From Acidimicrobiales bacterium (GTDB taxonomy: Bacteria > Actinomycetota > Acidimicrobiia > Acidimicrobiales > CADCSY01), in NCBI GenBank assembly GCA_035942035.1, contig DASZDK010000063.1, positions 3,823 through 67,822 on the forward strand: a DNA stretch of 64,000 bases, in the 5' to 3' direction. This document shows positions 18,612 to 28,226 of the stretch, piece after piece (the first letter of the stretch is position 1; each line of letters begins with the position of its first letter). A program made the position numbers and the translations under genes. Under the pieces are notes generated by a model, which saw only the letters and a program-made list of their open reading frames with translations, made no database searches and was not told the DNA's origin.

Positions 18612-19508
18612 TCAGAAGTGGCGGTCGCGGAAGGCGAGGACGTCGGTGAGGTACACCGTCGTGGCGGGAGAGGGACCGAAGGCACGCACCGCCGCCAGGC
18701 CCTGGTAGTAGCCGGCCAGGGCGGTGGCCGGGTCACCCTCGGTGCGGTCGAGCAGCCAGCGCAGGTAGCGGGCGCTCATACGGATGTTGTCGTCCGGAAC
18801 GTCCGGGTCGAGAGACTCGCGCAGGACGATGTCGCGCATCCACGTCACCGTGTCGGGCATCAGCTGGCCGATGCCCATGGCCCCCGCACTGGAGACCACG
18901 TGGTTCTGCCAGCCGGACTCCACCCAGGCCATGGCCATGAGCAGGTCGGCAGGGATCCCGTAGGTCGCCGCCCAGTGCTCGAAGCGGGGCACGAGTTTCA
19001 GGCGCTCAGGCGAGGACTGCAGGCGCGAGGGCAGGCGTGACGCCTCGACCCCGGCGCCGCCCGGGCGGGGGCTGCCGGCAGCGGGGAGGGACAGGCGCTG
19101 GCCGCTGCGCACGAGATTGAGGTCGGTGATGCCGTTGGCGGCGGCAAGGCCCCGGACCGTCACCCTGTGGTCGGCGGCGATGCTCGAGAGGGTCTCCCCC
19201 GACCCGACGGTGTGAGTGGCGCCTCCCGCCGGACCACCGCCCCGAGGGGCCGCTCTGGTGCCGCCGGCGGCCGGTAGGGCGAGGGTGGCGCCGGCGAGCA
19301 CGCGGTGGACATCGGAGATGCCGTTGGCCTCAGCGAGGCCCCGGACGGTCACCCCGTGGTCGGCGGCGATGCCCGAGAGGCTCTCCCCGGGCCGAACGGT
19401 GTGGGAGCTGGTGGCAGCGGGCCCGGCGACGGCCAGGCCGGCGATCACGACCATGGCCACGCCCGGGCTCGATCGGTGCCGGCGGCTGGCAGGTGTGGGG
19501 ACGCGCAC
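18612..19508 (-). CDS. Secreted peptidoglycan lytic transglycosylase with two LysM domains
   Basis: Signal peptide, two copies of the pattern HTVxxGExLSxIAADHxVTVRGLAxANGI, and an SLT motif AWVESGW..AMGIGQLMP. Confidence 0.9.
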   Translation of the reverse strand: MRVPTPASRRHRSSPGVAMVVIAGLAVAGPAATSSHTVRPGESLSGIAADHGVTVRGLAEANGISDVHRVLAGATLALPAAGGTRAAPRGGGPAGGATHTVGSGETLSSIAADHRVTVRGLAAANGITDLNLVRSGQRLSLPAAGSPRPGGAGVEASRLPSRLQSSPERLKLVPRFEHWAATYGIPADLLMAMAWVESGWQNHVVSSAGAMGIGQLMPDTVTWMRDIVLRESLDPDVPDDNIRMSARYLRWLLDRTEGDPATALAGYYQGLAAVRAFGPSPATTVYLTDVLAFRDRHF

Positions 19509-19599
19509 GGTTACCTCCGTCCCCGCCCGCCAGCAGCAGTCTTACCCGACCACGTCGGCCACAGCAACCCCACTGGCAACAAGCGGCCGAGCCAACGGA

Positions 19600-21228
19600 T
19601 CAGTGGGAGGTGCTCGCCCTCCGGTGCTCGGCCCGGCGCTCGGCCTCGAGGCGCTCGAGCTCCGGCTCGCTGTGGTCGACGAAGTGCATCATGTCGGCCA
19701 CAGCCCGGTGACCGGCCTGCTCGGCGATGAGCCGGTGCATCTCCTGGCACACCCGCCGGTAGGCGGGATGGCCCTGGGGGGTGGTGCGCAGCTCCAGCAT
19801 GTGCATCGCCTCCCGGGCGTTGAGCTGCATCGAGAACCGCACCCGGTAGGCGAGGCACACGGCGTAGGCGGCCTGCCCGGGGAATTCCTCGGCCAGGGCG
19901 TCGTGCAGGGCGGCGGAGCGCTCCATCGCCTCGGCGAAGGGCTCGGCCGCCCCCGCCTCCACCACCGCCTCGGGCACGACGTACCCGTGCCGGGGGGTGA
20001 GGGGCTGCCACTCGATGGTGAGCATCCGGTGACGCTGGAGGTCGCGGAAGGCCCCGTAGTCGGCGCACACGTCGAAGCGGTAGCTGCTGCGCTCCAGCGC
20101 CCGTCCCGGCCGGTGGCGGCGGTTGCCCCGCTCCCCCGTGTAGGCCGCCACCACCGCCGCCCGGTCGTCGGCGCCGAGGCGCCGGACCCGCTCGAGCACC
20201 TCGGTCTCGGGTCGGTCGACGTGGGGATAGAGCATGGCGGCCAGGAGCTTGTCCTCGGCCTCCGGGTCGAAGTCGACCAGGGTCACCTCGGGGGCCGACT
20301 CCGGCTCGGTCTCCACGCCGGCAAAGAGCTTGGCCGCCACCTCGGCGGTGTCCTGCCGGGTCTGCCGGAGGTAGTCGGACCATGCACCGCCCCGATCGGG
20401 GAGGTCGAGCCGGGTGAGGAACGAGGGGATGACCTTGCGCAGCTCGGGGAGCATGAGCTCGGCGTAGCGGCGGGCCTCGGGCAGGGGCGAGGAACGCATG
20501 CGCAGCAGCAACGCCTCGTAGGCCTGGCCGGTGCCGTAGACGCCCACGTTGGACAACGAGGCGGCGGGCAGGATCCCGCGCACGGCGTCGAGGGCCTTGG
20601 CCCGGGTCGACTGGTGGTGGACGAAGTCGGAGTCACCGGGCTGCTTCGGGTAGCGCTGGCGGCACCACTCCTGCACCACGGGAACGAGGCCGGCGTAGGT
20701 GTCGAACAGCCGGTCCATCTCGCCGACGTAGCGGGTCCCGAGGGGTGAGGCCAGCAACTGGGGGTCGCGGTGGTAGCGGTAGCGGCCGCCGAGGCGGGCG
20801 TCGTAGGAGATGTAGCGAGTCGACTGCTCGAGGTAGGACATGAGCCGTCCCCGCTCCAGCACCTTGGTGAGCAGGTTGGAGGCCTGCTCGCAGGCCAGAT
20901 GCACACCACCGAGCTGCGCCACCGAGTCGTCGCCGTACTCGAAGAACACCCGGTCGTAGAGCCGCTCGGCCCGCTCCAACCCGACGGTGGCGTCGACGGC
21001 GGCGTCACCCTCGATGTCGAGGTCGTCCACGAACTCGTCGAGGAACAGCCGCCGCAGGCTCTTGTGGGTGCGGCTGTAGCGGGCGAACAGGGCGCCCTTG
21101 ACCACCTCGGGGAGGTTCACCAGAGCGAACACCGGGCCCTCGACGTTGGTGACGTAGCGCCGGAGCACGTCGGCCTCCTCGTCGGTGAACTCCTCACTGA
21201 CGTAGGGGGCGGTCACGGCAACCGGCAC
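19600..21228 (-). CDS. thyX: Tandem-domain ThyX-like (FAD-dependent thymidylate synthase family) protein; start uncertain (GTG 21228 or 21303)
   Basis: C-terminal half has FRDLQRHRMLT and MHMLELRT. N-terminal half has a degenerate copy (FARYSRTHKSLR). About twice the normal ThyX length. Confidence 0.8.
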   Translation of the reverse strand: MPVAVTAPYVSEEFTDEEADVLRRYVTNVEGPVFALVNLPEVVKGALFARYSRTHKSLRRLFLDEFVDDLDIEGDAAVDATVGLERAERLYDRVFFEYGDDSVAQLGGVHLACEQASNLLTKVLERGRLMSYLEQSTRYISYDARLGGRYRYHRDPQLLASPLGTRYVGEMDRLFDTYAGLVPVVQEWCRQRYPKQPGDSDFVHHQSTRAKALDAVRGILPAASLSNVGVYGTGQAYEALLLRMRSSPLPEARRYAELMLPELRKVIPSFLTRLDLPDRGGAWSDYLRQTRQDTAEVAAKLFAGVETEPESAPEVTLVDFDPEAEDKLLAAMLYPHVDRPETEVLERVRRLGADDRAAVVAAYTGERGNRRHRPGRALERSSYRFDVCADYGAFRDLQRHRMLTIEWQPLTPRHGYVVPEAVVEAGAAEPFAEAMERSAALHDALAEEFPGQAAYAVCLAYRVRFSMQLNAREAMHMLELRTTPQGHPAYRRVCQEMHRLIAEQAGHRAVADMMHFVDHSEPELERLEAERRAEHRRASTSH

Positions 21229-21332
21229 GGGCGCGATCCTACGGCGGGACCTCACCGGGCACGGGGATGGCGCCGCCCCCGGCGCCGGCGCATCCGGTGA
21301 CACCCGTGCCGGCGGTCGTAGCCTCGGCGGTG

Positions 21333-22250
21333 ATGGGCATCGCCGTGGGCACCTCGTCGTGGACGGACCCGACCCTCACCAAGGAGTCGGACTTCTATCC
21401 CCGCAGGTCGATGAGCGCCGAGCAGCGCCTGCGCCACTACGCGTCGATCTTCCCCGTGGTGGAGGTCGACGGCACCTACTACGCCCCGCCGACGGCCCGA
21501 ACGGCGCAGCTGTGGGCCGAGCGCACGCCCGCCGGCTTCCGCATGAACGTCAAGGCCTACGCGCTGTTCACCCAGCACCCGACCCGCCCGAACACCCTGT
21601 GGGAGGAGGTGCACGACGAACTGCCCGACGAGCACCGGGACAAGCGCTCGACCTACCTGGCCCACCTGCCCGCCGCCGCCGTCGACCGGGCGTGGGACCA
21701 CTTCGGCGACGCCCTCGTGCCCCTGCAGGCTGCTGGCAAGCTGGCCGCCGTGGTGTTCCAGTTCCCCCCGTGGTTCACCGCCCGGCGGGACAACCGGACC
21801 TACCTGGCCGAGCTGGCCGAGCGCCTGCCCGGGCATCAGCTCGCCGTGGAGTTCCGCCACCGCAGCTGGCTCGACGGCGACGACGACCGCAGGCGGACCC
21901 TCCGCCTGCTCGAGGAGCACGGGCTGGCCTTCGTCTGCGTGGACGGGCCCCAGGGCTTCGACAGCTCGGTCCCCCCGCTGGTCGCCGCCACCGCCGACTT
22001 GGCCATCGTTCGCTTCCACGGCCACAACCGGGAGACGTGGGAGGCCAAGGGGATCAGCGCCGCCGAGCGCTTCCGCTACCTCTACTCCGAGGAGGAGCTT
22101 GCGGCCTGGGTGGAGCCCATCAGAGGTCTGGCCGCGGCCACCAGCGAGACCCACGCCCTCATGAACAACTGCTACCGGGACTACGGCGTGCGCAACGCCC
22201 GCCAGCTCGGCCAGCTCCTCGGGGAGGGCCTCCAGGCGGGCGCCGGCTGA
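21333..22250 (+). CDS. DUF72 (YecE/UPF0759) family protein
   Basis: MGIAVGTSSWTD...FYP...LRHYASIFPVVEVDGTYYAPP. Confidence 0.88.
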   Translation: MGIAVGTSSWTDPTLTKESDFYPRRSMSAEQRLRHYASIFPVVEVDGTYYAPPTARTAQLWAERTPAGFRMNVKAYALFTQHPTRPNTLWEEVHDELPDEHRDKRSTYLAHLPAAAVDRAWDHFGDALVPLQAAGKLAAVVFQFPPWFTARRDNRTYLAELAERLPGHQLAVEFRHRSWLDGDDDRRRTLRLLEEHGLAFVCVDGPQGFDSSVPPLVAATADLAIVRFHGHNRETWEAKGISAAERFRYLYSEEELAAWVEPIRGLAAATSETHALMNNCYRDYGVRNARQLGQLLGEGLQAGAG

Positions 22251-22266
22251 CCCTTCGTGCTGGGGC

Positions 22267-24627
22267 TCATCCCCGTAGACGGGCCCCATGGGTTTCCTCC
22301 ACGGCGGCGATGAGGCGCCGGCGCACCGCTCCCACCTCGTCGTCGGTGAGGGTCCGGTCCGGCGCCTGGAGCCGGAGGGTCCAGGCCAGGCTGCGCCGGC
22401 CCTGGCTCACCTGGTCGCCCCGGTAGACGTCGAACAACCGCACGCCGGTCACCAGGCCGTCGCCGGCGCCGGCCAGGCTGCGCTCGATCGAGCCTGCCGG
22501 CGTGGCGTCGTCGACTTCGAAGGCCAGGTCGATGTCGCTGGAAGGGTACCGGCTGATCGGCCGGTAGGTCCCCGGGCCGTGGGGGCGCGCCAGCAGCCGT
22601 TCCAGGTCGAGCTCGAGCCACGCCACCCGCTCGTCGACGTCGAAGCGGGCCAGCACCCCCGGGTCGACCTCGCCCACCGTCCCGACGGGTTCTCCGTCGA
22701 CCACCACCCGGGCCGTGCGGGTCGGGTGCAGGCCGGGTGCGACGCAGGCCTCGAGCTGCCAGTCCCCCACCACCAGCCCGTCGGCCACCAGGTGCCACAG
22801 GGTCACCGCCTCGCGGGCGTCGGCGCCGGCGGTGGCCACCGCCACCATCTCGCGCTCGTCGGGGAGCTGCTGCCCGTCCGGCGGACGGCGGAAGCTGTGG
22901 CCCACCTCGAACAGCGACACCCCGGTGATGCGGTGGCGGGCGTTGCCGGCGACCGACCCGACCAGCCCGGGCAGCAGGGACGTCCGCAACCGCGACTCCT
23001 CGGCCACGAGAGGGTTGGCCACCACCACCGCCTCGCGCGGGTCGAGCCCACAGCGTTCCAGGTCGGACACGGCCAGGAACGTCGTGCTCCACGCCTCGTC
23101 GGCGCCGGCGCCGGCCAGGATCTGGCGCACCAGCCGGCGGTCGCGCTGGTACGGACTCAGACCGCCGGTCAACGGGCTGCGGGGGACGGTCGTGGGGACG
23201 TTGCGGTACCCGTGGAGCCGGGCGACCTCCTCGATCACGTCGATCTCGGCGGCGCTGTCGAGGCGCCACGTGGGCAGGGCCACGTCGAGCACGCCGGGGC
23301 CGGTGGTGCTGGTGGTGGTCGTGAACCCGATGGGGTCGAGGTACCCCGCGATCTCGGCGTCGCTCAGACCCGTGCCCAGCAGCTCGTTGACCCGGGCAGT
23401 GCGCACCCGAACGGGTGACCGCTCGGGCAGCACGCCGCGAACGTCGGTGGGTGGACCGACGCTGAGCTCCTCACCGCCGGCCACCAGCTCGACGAAGCGG
23501 GCCACGGCCCGGTCGATGACGGCCCAGTCACCGCCCTTCTCGAAGCGGGCCGAGGCCTCGGTTCGCAGCTTGAGCCGGCGGGCGCTGCGGGAGATGGCCA
23601 GCGGCTCGAACCAGGCCGCCTCCAGCACCACCTCGGTGGTGTGCTCGTCGATCTCGGTGGAGGCGCCGCCCATGATCCCGGCGATGCCGATGGGCTGGTC
23701 GCCGGCGTCGCAGATGAGCAGGTCGCCGTCGAGAACACGCTCGACGTCGTCGAGGGTGACGAGCGTCTCGCCGACACGTGCCTGGCGTACCCGGAAGCCC
23801 CGGCCCCCCAGGCGGGCGGCGTCGTAGGGATGGGTGGGCTGGCCCAGCTCGAGCATCACGTAGTTGGACGCGTCGACCACGTTGTTGATGGGCCGCATCC
23901 CCGCCCGGGTCAGCCGGTCGGCGATCCACGCCGGCGACGGGCCCACCCGTACCCCGGCGATGACGGTGGCCACGAAGCGCCCGCAGAGCTCGGGGGCGTC
24001 GATGGCGACCGAGGCGGGCTCGACCGGTGCCGGCGGGGGGAGCTCGGGCTCGGGCACGGTGAAGACCAGCCCCAGGCGGGCGGCCAGGTCGCGGGCCACC
24101 CCGGCCATGGACATGGCGTCGGGCCGGTTGGCGTTGACCTCCAGGTCGAGCACCACGTCGGGGCCGCCGCCGGCCACCTCGGCGAAGGGGGTGCCGGGCG
24201 AGGCCGCACCGGCCGGGAGCACGAGGATCTCGTCGTGGCCGCCGGGCAGGTCGAGCTCGTCCGGGGCGCAGAGCATGCCTCTCGACTCCACGCCCTTCAT
24301 CTTGCGGGCGCCGATCTCCATGCCACCGGGCAGCACCGTTCCCACCGTGGCGAGGGCCACCAGGTCGCCCGCGGCGAAGTTCCACGCCCCGCACACCACC
24401 TGGACCGGCTCGGGGTCACCGGCGTCGACCACCACCCGCTGGATGCGGTCGGCGCCGGCGATGGGCGCCAGCTCCAGCACCCGGGCGACCACGACGCCCT
24501 CCAGCCCCTCCCCCACCCGATCGACCGACTCCACCGCCAGCCCCAGGTCGTCGAGCGCGGTGACCAGCTCGTCGACCGGCAGCTCCAGCGGGACGAAGTC
24601 CCGCAACCACGACTGCAGGACCCGCAT
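22267..24627 (-). CDS. pheT: Phenylalanine--tRNA ligase beta subunit
   Basis: MRVLQSWLRDFV start with a 1-nt TGA/ATG overlap with pheS. tRNA-binding, B3/4, B5 and FDX-ACB regions are collinear. Confidence 0.95.
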   Translation of the reverse strand: MRVLQSWLRDFVPLELPVDELVTALDDLGLAVESVDRVGEGLEGVVVARVLELAPIAGADRIQRVVVDAGDPEPVQVVCGAWNFAAGDLVALATVGTVLPGGMEIGARKMKGVESRGMLCAPDELDLPGGHDEILVLPAGAASPGTPFAEVAGGGPDVVLDLEVNANRPDAMSMAGVARDLAARLGLVFTVPEPELPPPAPVEPASVAIDAPELCGRFVATVIAGVRVGPSPAWIADRLTRAGMRPINNVVDASNYVMLELGQPTHPYDAARLGGRGFRVRQARVGETLVTLDDVERVLDGDLLICDAGDQPIGIAGIMGGASTEIDEHTTEVVLEAAWFEPLAISRSARRLKLRTEASARFEKGGDWAVIDRAVARFVELVAGGEELSVGPPTDVRGVLPERSPVRVRTARVNELLGTGLSDAEIAGYLDPIGFTTTTSTTGPGVLDVALPTWRLDSAAEIDVIEEVARLHGYRNVPTTVPRSPLTGGLSPYQRDRRLVRQILAGAGADEAWSTTFLAVSDLERCGLDPREAVVVANPLVAEESRLRTSLLPGLVGSVAGNARHRITGVSLFEVGHSFRRPPDGQQLPDEREMVAVATAGADAREAVTLWHLVADGLVVGDWQLEACVAPGLHPTRTARVVVDGEPVGTVGEVDPGVLARFDVDERVAWLELDLERLLARPHGPGTYRPISRYPSSDIDLAFEVDDATPAGSIERSLAGAGDGLVTGVRLFDVYRGDQVSQGRRSLAWTLRLQAPDRTLTDDEVGAVRRRLIAAVEETHGARLRG

Positions 24628-25661
24628 CAGAACTGGCGCAGGAAGCGGACGTCGTTGGACACCAGCTCGCGCAGGTCGTCGATGCCGTGGCGCATGATCA
24701 CCATGCGGTCGATGCCGAAGCCGAAGGCGAAGCCTGACCACGTCTCCGGGTCGTAGCCCACGGCACGGAAGACGTTGGGGTGGACCATCCCGCACCCCCC
24801 GAGCTCGAGCCACCCGGTGCGCCCGCAGGTCCGGCACCCGTCGCCCTTGCAGAACACGCAGGTGATGTCGAACTCGGCCGACGGCTCGGTGAAGGGGAAG
24901 TACGAGGGCCGCAAGCGGGACCGGAAGCCGGGGCCGAAGTAGGCCTCGGTGAAGGCGTCGAGCGTGCCGGCCAGGTCGCCGAGGGTGATGTGGCGGTCGA
25001 CGACCAAGCCCTCGATCTGGTGGAAGTTGGGCAGGTGGCTGGCGTCGGCGGTGTCCTGGCGGTAGCACCGCCCGGGCATGACCGAGTAGATGGGCGGCTC
25101 CGTGGCCTCCATGACCCGTACCTGCACGGGAGAGGTGTGGGTCCGCAACAGCGTGGACTCCGGCGCCCCGAGCTCCAGGTAGAGCGTGTCGTACATGGCC
25201 CGGGCAGGATGGTCGGCGGGGAAGTTGAGGGCCTCGAAGTTGTACCAGTCGGTCTCCGCCTCCGGCCCCTCGGCCACGGTGTAGCCCATGCCGACGAACA
25301 CGTCCTCCAGCCGGTCACGGGCCTGGGTCACCAGGTGGAGATGGCCCCGTCGACGGGTGGGCACCACCTCAGTCAGGTCGAGCCGCTCTGCCTCCAGGCG
25401 CGACCGCCGCTCGGCCTCGTCGACCTCGGCCCGCCGGGCGGCTAGTGCCTCTTCGATGCGGGCCCGGGCGGCGTTGAGCTCCCGGCCCGCGTCCTTGCGC
25501 GCTTCGGGCGCCAGCGCGCCGAGGCCCGACCGCAGCGTGGCCAGCTGCGACCGGCGTCCGAGGAGCTCGGCCTCGAGCGACCGGACGGCGGCAGGGTCGC
25601 CGGCACGAGCGATCCGCTCGAGGGCGTCGGTGATGAGCGCACCGACGTCGGCTGCGGTCAT
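24627..25661 (-). CDS. pheS: Phenylalanine--tRNA ligase alpha subunit
   Basis: Class II aaRS motifs: HPARAMYDTLY, FRSRLRPSYFPFTEPSAEF, GCGMVHPNV. Confidence 0.95.
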   Translation of the reverse strand: MTAADVGALITDALERIARAGDPAAVRSLEAELLGRRSQLATLRSGLGALAPEARKDAGRELNAARARIEEALAARRAEVDEAERRSRLEAERLDLTEVVPTRRRGHLHLVTQARDRLEDVFVGMGYTVAEGPEAETDWYNFEALNFPADHPARAMYDTLYLELGAPESTLLRTHTSPVQVRVMEATEPPIYSVMPGRCYRQDTADASHLPNFHQIEGLVVDRHITLGDLAGTLDAFTEAYFGPGFRSRLRPSYFPFTEPSAEFDITCVFCKGDGCRTCGRTGWLELGGCGMVHPNVFRAVGYDPETWSGFAFGFGIDRMVIMRHGIDDLRELVSNDVRFLRQF

Positions 25662-26707
25662 CGGCGACCGAGGCCGTCGACGGGAAGGGTGAAGCGGAAG
25701 GCGCTGCCCCGGCCGGCCGTGCTGGCGGCGGTGAGCTGGCCACCGTGGGCCTCGACCAGCCCCCGGCTGATCCACAAACCCAGGCCCGACCCACTGGGCC
25801 GACCCTGGTGGCGCCGATAGAACTTGGTGAACACGTGCGGCAGGTCGGCGGTGGGGATCCCCGGCCCTTCGTCGACGACGACGACGGAGACCGCCTCGTC
25901 GGCGACGGCGCCCAGGACCCGCATGCCGGTGAGGCTGCCGTACTTGGCAGCGTTCTCCACCAGGTTGGTGAGCACCTGCTCGATCTTGTCCGGGTCGGCC
26001 CGCACGGGGGGAAAGTCCGGGTCGAACTCGACCGAGCAGTCGAGCGCGGGGTGAGCCAGGGCCACCTTGGCCACCACGGACGACACCACGGCCGGAAGGT
26101 CGACGAGCTGGTACTGGAGCTGGAGATGGCCGGTTTCGAGCCGGCTGATGTCGAGCAGCTCGTTCACCAGCCGGGTCACCCGGTCAGCGTCGTGATTGAC
26201 CTGCTCGAGCATCGTCTTCTTCTGCTCGTCGCTCAACTGGGACCACCGGCTCAGCAGCAGCGAGGTGTACCCCTTGACCGACGTCAGGGGCGACCTCAGC
26301 TCGTGACTGACGGTGGAGACCACGTCCATGCCGGCCACCGAGGCGTCGTCGCTCACCACCGGCCTCAACAGCAGCACCACGCCCGCCGGCGACCCGTCGC
26401 CGTCCTCGCGCCGGCGGCCGCTCACCACCACCGGCACCTGCCGGCCGTCGGGGCGCAGCACGCGCAGCTCGCGCTCGGCGACCGTGGGTGAGTCGTCGTC
26501 GGTCACACCGGCCCAGACGAGCGCGTCCCCGGCGGAATCAGCGTCGACGACCTCGTCGATGCGGCAACCCACCAGGCCGCCGGGCGGCCGACCGGCCAGC
26601 TCGTCGCCGGCGGCGTTGGCCGCCTCCACCTGTCCCTGGGCGTCGACCACCACCGCCGCCACCGCCAGGTCGTCGAGATCGACCGCCGCCCGCGTCCGAG
26701 ACGTCAT
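25658..26707 (-). CDS. Soluble PAS-domain sensor histidine kinase (no partner response regulator nearby)
   Basis: H-box SHELRSPLTSVKGY, N-box LVENAAKYG, G1 VDEGPGIP, G2 GSGLGLWISRG. Overlaps both neighbours by 4 nt. Confidence 0.9.
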   Translation of the reverse strand: MTSRTRAAVDLDDLAVAAVVVDAQGQVEAANAAGDELAGRPPGGLVGCRIDEVVDADSAGDALVWAGVTDDDSPTVAERELRVLRPDGRQVPVVVSGRRREDGDGSPAGVVLLLRPVVSDDASVAGMDVVSTVSHELRSPLTSVKGYTSLLLSRWSQLSDEQKKTMLEQVNHDADRVTRLVNELLDISRLETGHLQLQYQLVDLPAVVSSVVAKVALAHPALDCSVEFDPDFPPVRADPDKIEQVLTNLVENAAKYGSLTGMRVLGAVADEAVSVVVVDEGPGIPTADLPHVFTKFYRRHQGRPSGSGLGLWISRGLVEAHGGQLTAASTAGRGSAFRFTLPVDGLGRR

Positions 26708-27513
26708 CGGGCCGGCGCCTCCCGACGTCGCTGGCGCAGCGCCTCGAAGCACATCAACGCCCCCACCATCCCCACGTTGAGCGACTCGGTGCGGCCCACC
26801 ATGGGGATGGTGACTCGCACGTCGAGGTGGGGGTCCAGCGACGACGGCAGTCCTGAGGCCTCGTTGCCCAGCACGATGGCCACGGGAGGGCTGAGGTCGA
26901 CCTCGTCGTAGGGACGGCCGCCGCGGGCGACGGTCCCCATGCGCCGGAACCCTTGCTTGCCGATCCAATCGAGCACCGCAACCGGCTCGCCTCCGTTCAC
27001 CACCGGCACGTGGAACAGCGATCCCGCCGACGACCGCACCGTCTTGGGGTTGAACACGTCCACCGACCCTGTGCAGAAGACTACTGCGCCTGCCCCTGCC
27101 GCCTCTGCCGAGCGCAGCACGTTGCCGGCGTTGCCCGGATCGCGCACGTCGACACACACCACAACCGAGGTCAACGTCGAGATGGCGTCCAGGGGTACGT
27201 CCACCCACGGCGCCACCGCCAGCACCGGTTGAGGTGTGACCGTCTCCGCCACCCGCTGGAGGACGCCGGGCGCCAGCTCGTGGACCCGCAGGCCGGCGGC
27301 CCGGGCCCGTTCGACCACGGCCGGCACGCTGCCGGCGTCGGGCGCCACGAACACCGCCTCCAGCGGGACGCCGGCGTCGAGGGCCTCGGCCACCAGCGTC
27401 TCGCCCTCCAGCACGAAGGCCCGCTCGGAGCGACGGACGCTGCGGCGACGCAGGAGGCGCCGCAGACGGTCGACCTTCTTGTGGCGGGCGCCGAGCGGGC
27501 CCGGCCCGGCCAC
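26704..27513 (-). CDS. TrmH/SpoU family RNA 2-prime-O-methyltransferase
   Basis: SpoU motifs (DPGNAGNVLRSAEAAG, LGNEASGL, ESLNVGMVGALMCFE). Canonical position after rplT. Confidence 0.9.
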   Translation of the reverse strand: MAGPGPLGARHKKVDRLRRLLRRRSVRRSERAFVLEGETLVAEALDAGVPLEAVFVAPDAGSVPAVVERARAAGLRVHELAPGVLQRVAETVTPQPVLAVAPWVDVPLDAISTLTSVVVCVDVRDPGNAGNVLRSAEAAGAGAVVFCTGSVDVFNPKTVRSSAGSLFHVPVVNGGEPVAVLDWIGKQGFRRMGTVARGGRPYDEVDLSPPVAIVLGNEASGLPSSLDPHLDVRVTIPMVGRTESLNVGMVGALMCFEALRQRRREAPAR

Positions 27514-27522
27514 GGGTGGGGG

Positions 27523-27891
27523 CTACCCGGCCTGGGAGGCGGGAGCTTCGCCCGCCACCTGCACCAGGGCGGCGAAGGCATCCGGATCGCGAACCGCCAG
27601 GTCGGCCAGCACCTTGCGGTCGACCTCGACCCCTGCAGCCCGCAGGCCGGCGATGAACCGGCTGTAGCTCATCCCGTGCTCACGGGTGGCGGCGTTGATG
27701 CGCTGGATCCACAGCGATCGGAACTCGCCCTTGCGTGCCCGCCGGTCGCGGTAGGCGTAGCGGAGCGAGTGCATGACCTGTTCGTTGGCGGCGCGGTAGG
27801 ACCGGCTCTTGTTGCCGTAGTAGCCCTGCGCCTGCTCGAGCACGGCCCGGCGCCGCTTTCTGCCGGGGACACCCCGCTTGACCCTCGCCAT
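27523..27891 (-). CDS. rplT: 50S ribosomal protein L20
   Basis: [26 protein letters not shown]... Confidence 0.97.
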   Translation of the reverse strand: MARVKRGVPGRKRRRAVLEQAQGYYGNKSRSYRAANEQVMHSLRYAYRDRRARKGEFRSLWIQRINAATREHGMSYSRFIAGLRAAGVEVDRKVLADLAVRDPDAFAALVQVAGEAPASQAG

Positions 27892-28024
27892 GATGCTCCT
27901 CCTGTCGCCGAACAGCCCGGCGACGGCTTCCTCGTGCTGCGGGCGCCCGCACCGTACCGGTGAACCCGGAAGCCGGCGCGGGGCCCGTCGCGGTGAACGG
28001 GTGGAATGGTTGCTGGGCCCGCCC

Positions 28025-28222
28025 TCAGCCCTGGCCGAGCATGCGCTTCACCTGGCGGACGTCGCTCCCGGTGACCTCGGCGCTCCGCTTCAGCCGGCGG
28101 GTCCGCTTCGACGGCTTCTTCTCCAGGATGTGGTTCATGCCCACCTGGCGACGCCGGACCTTGCCGCTGCCGGTCACCTTGAACCGCTTGGCCGCCCCCC
28201 GGTGCGTCTTCATCTTCGGCAC
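28025..28222 (-). CDS. rpmI: 50S ribosomal protein L35
   Basis: GTG start at 28222 gives (M)[20 protein letters not shown]. Confidence 0.95.
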   Translation of the reverse strand: MPKMKTHRGAAKRFKVTGSGKVRRRQVGMNHILEKKPSKRTRRLKRSAEVTGSDVRQVKRMLGQG

Positions 28223-28226
28223 GTCG

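Noticed and set aside
19509-19599. Possible c-di-AMP (ydaO-type) riboswitch upstream of the LysM/transglycosylase gene, as seen before some actinobacterial cell-wall hydrolases
   Set aside because: The leader is only about 90 nt and I could not recognise the conserved ydaO core. An Infernal scan would be needed to exclude it formally.
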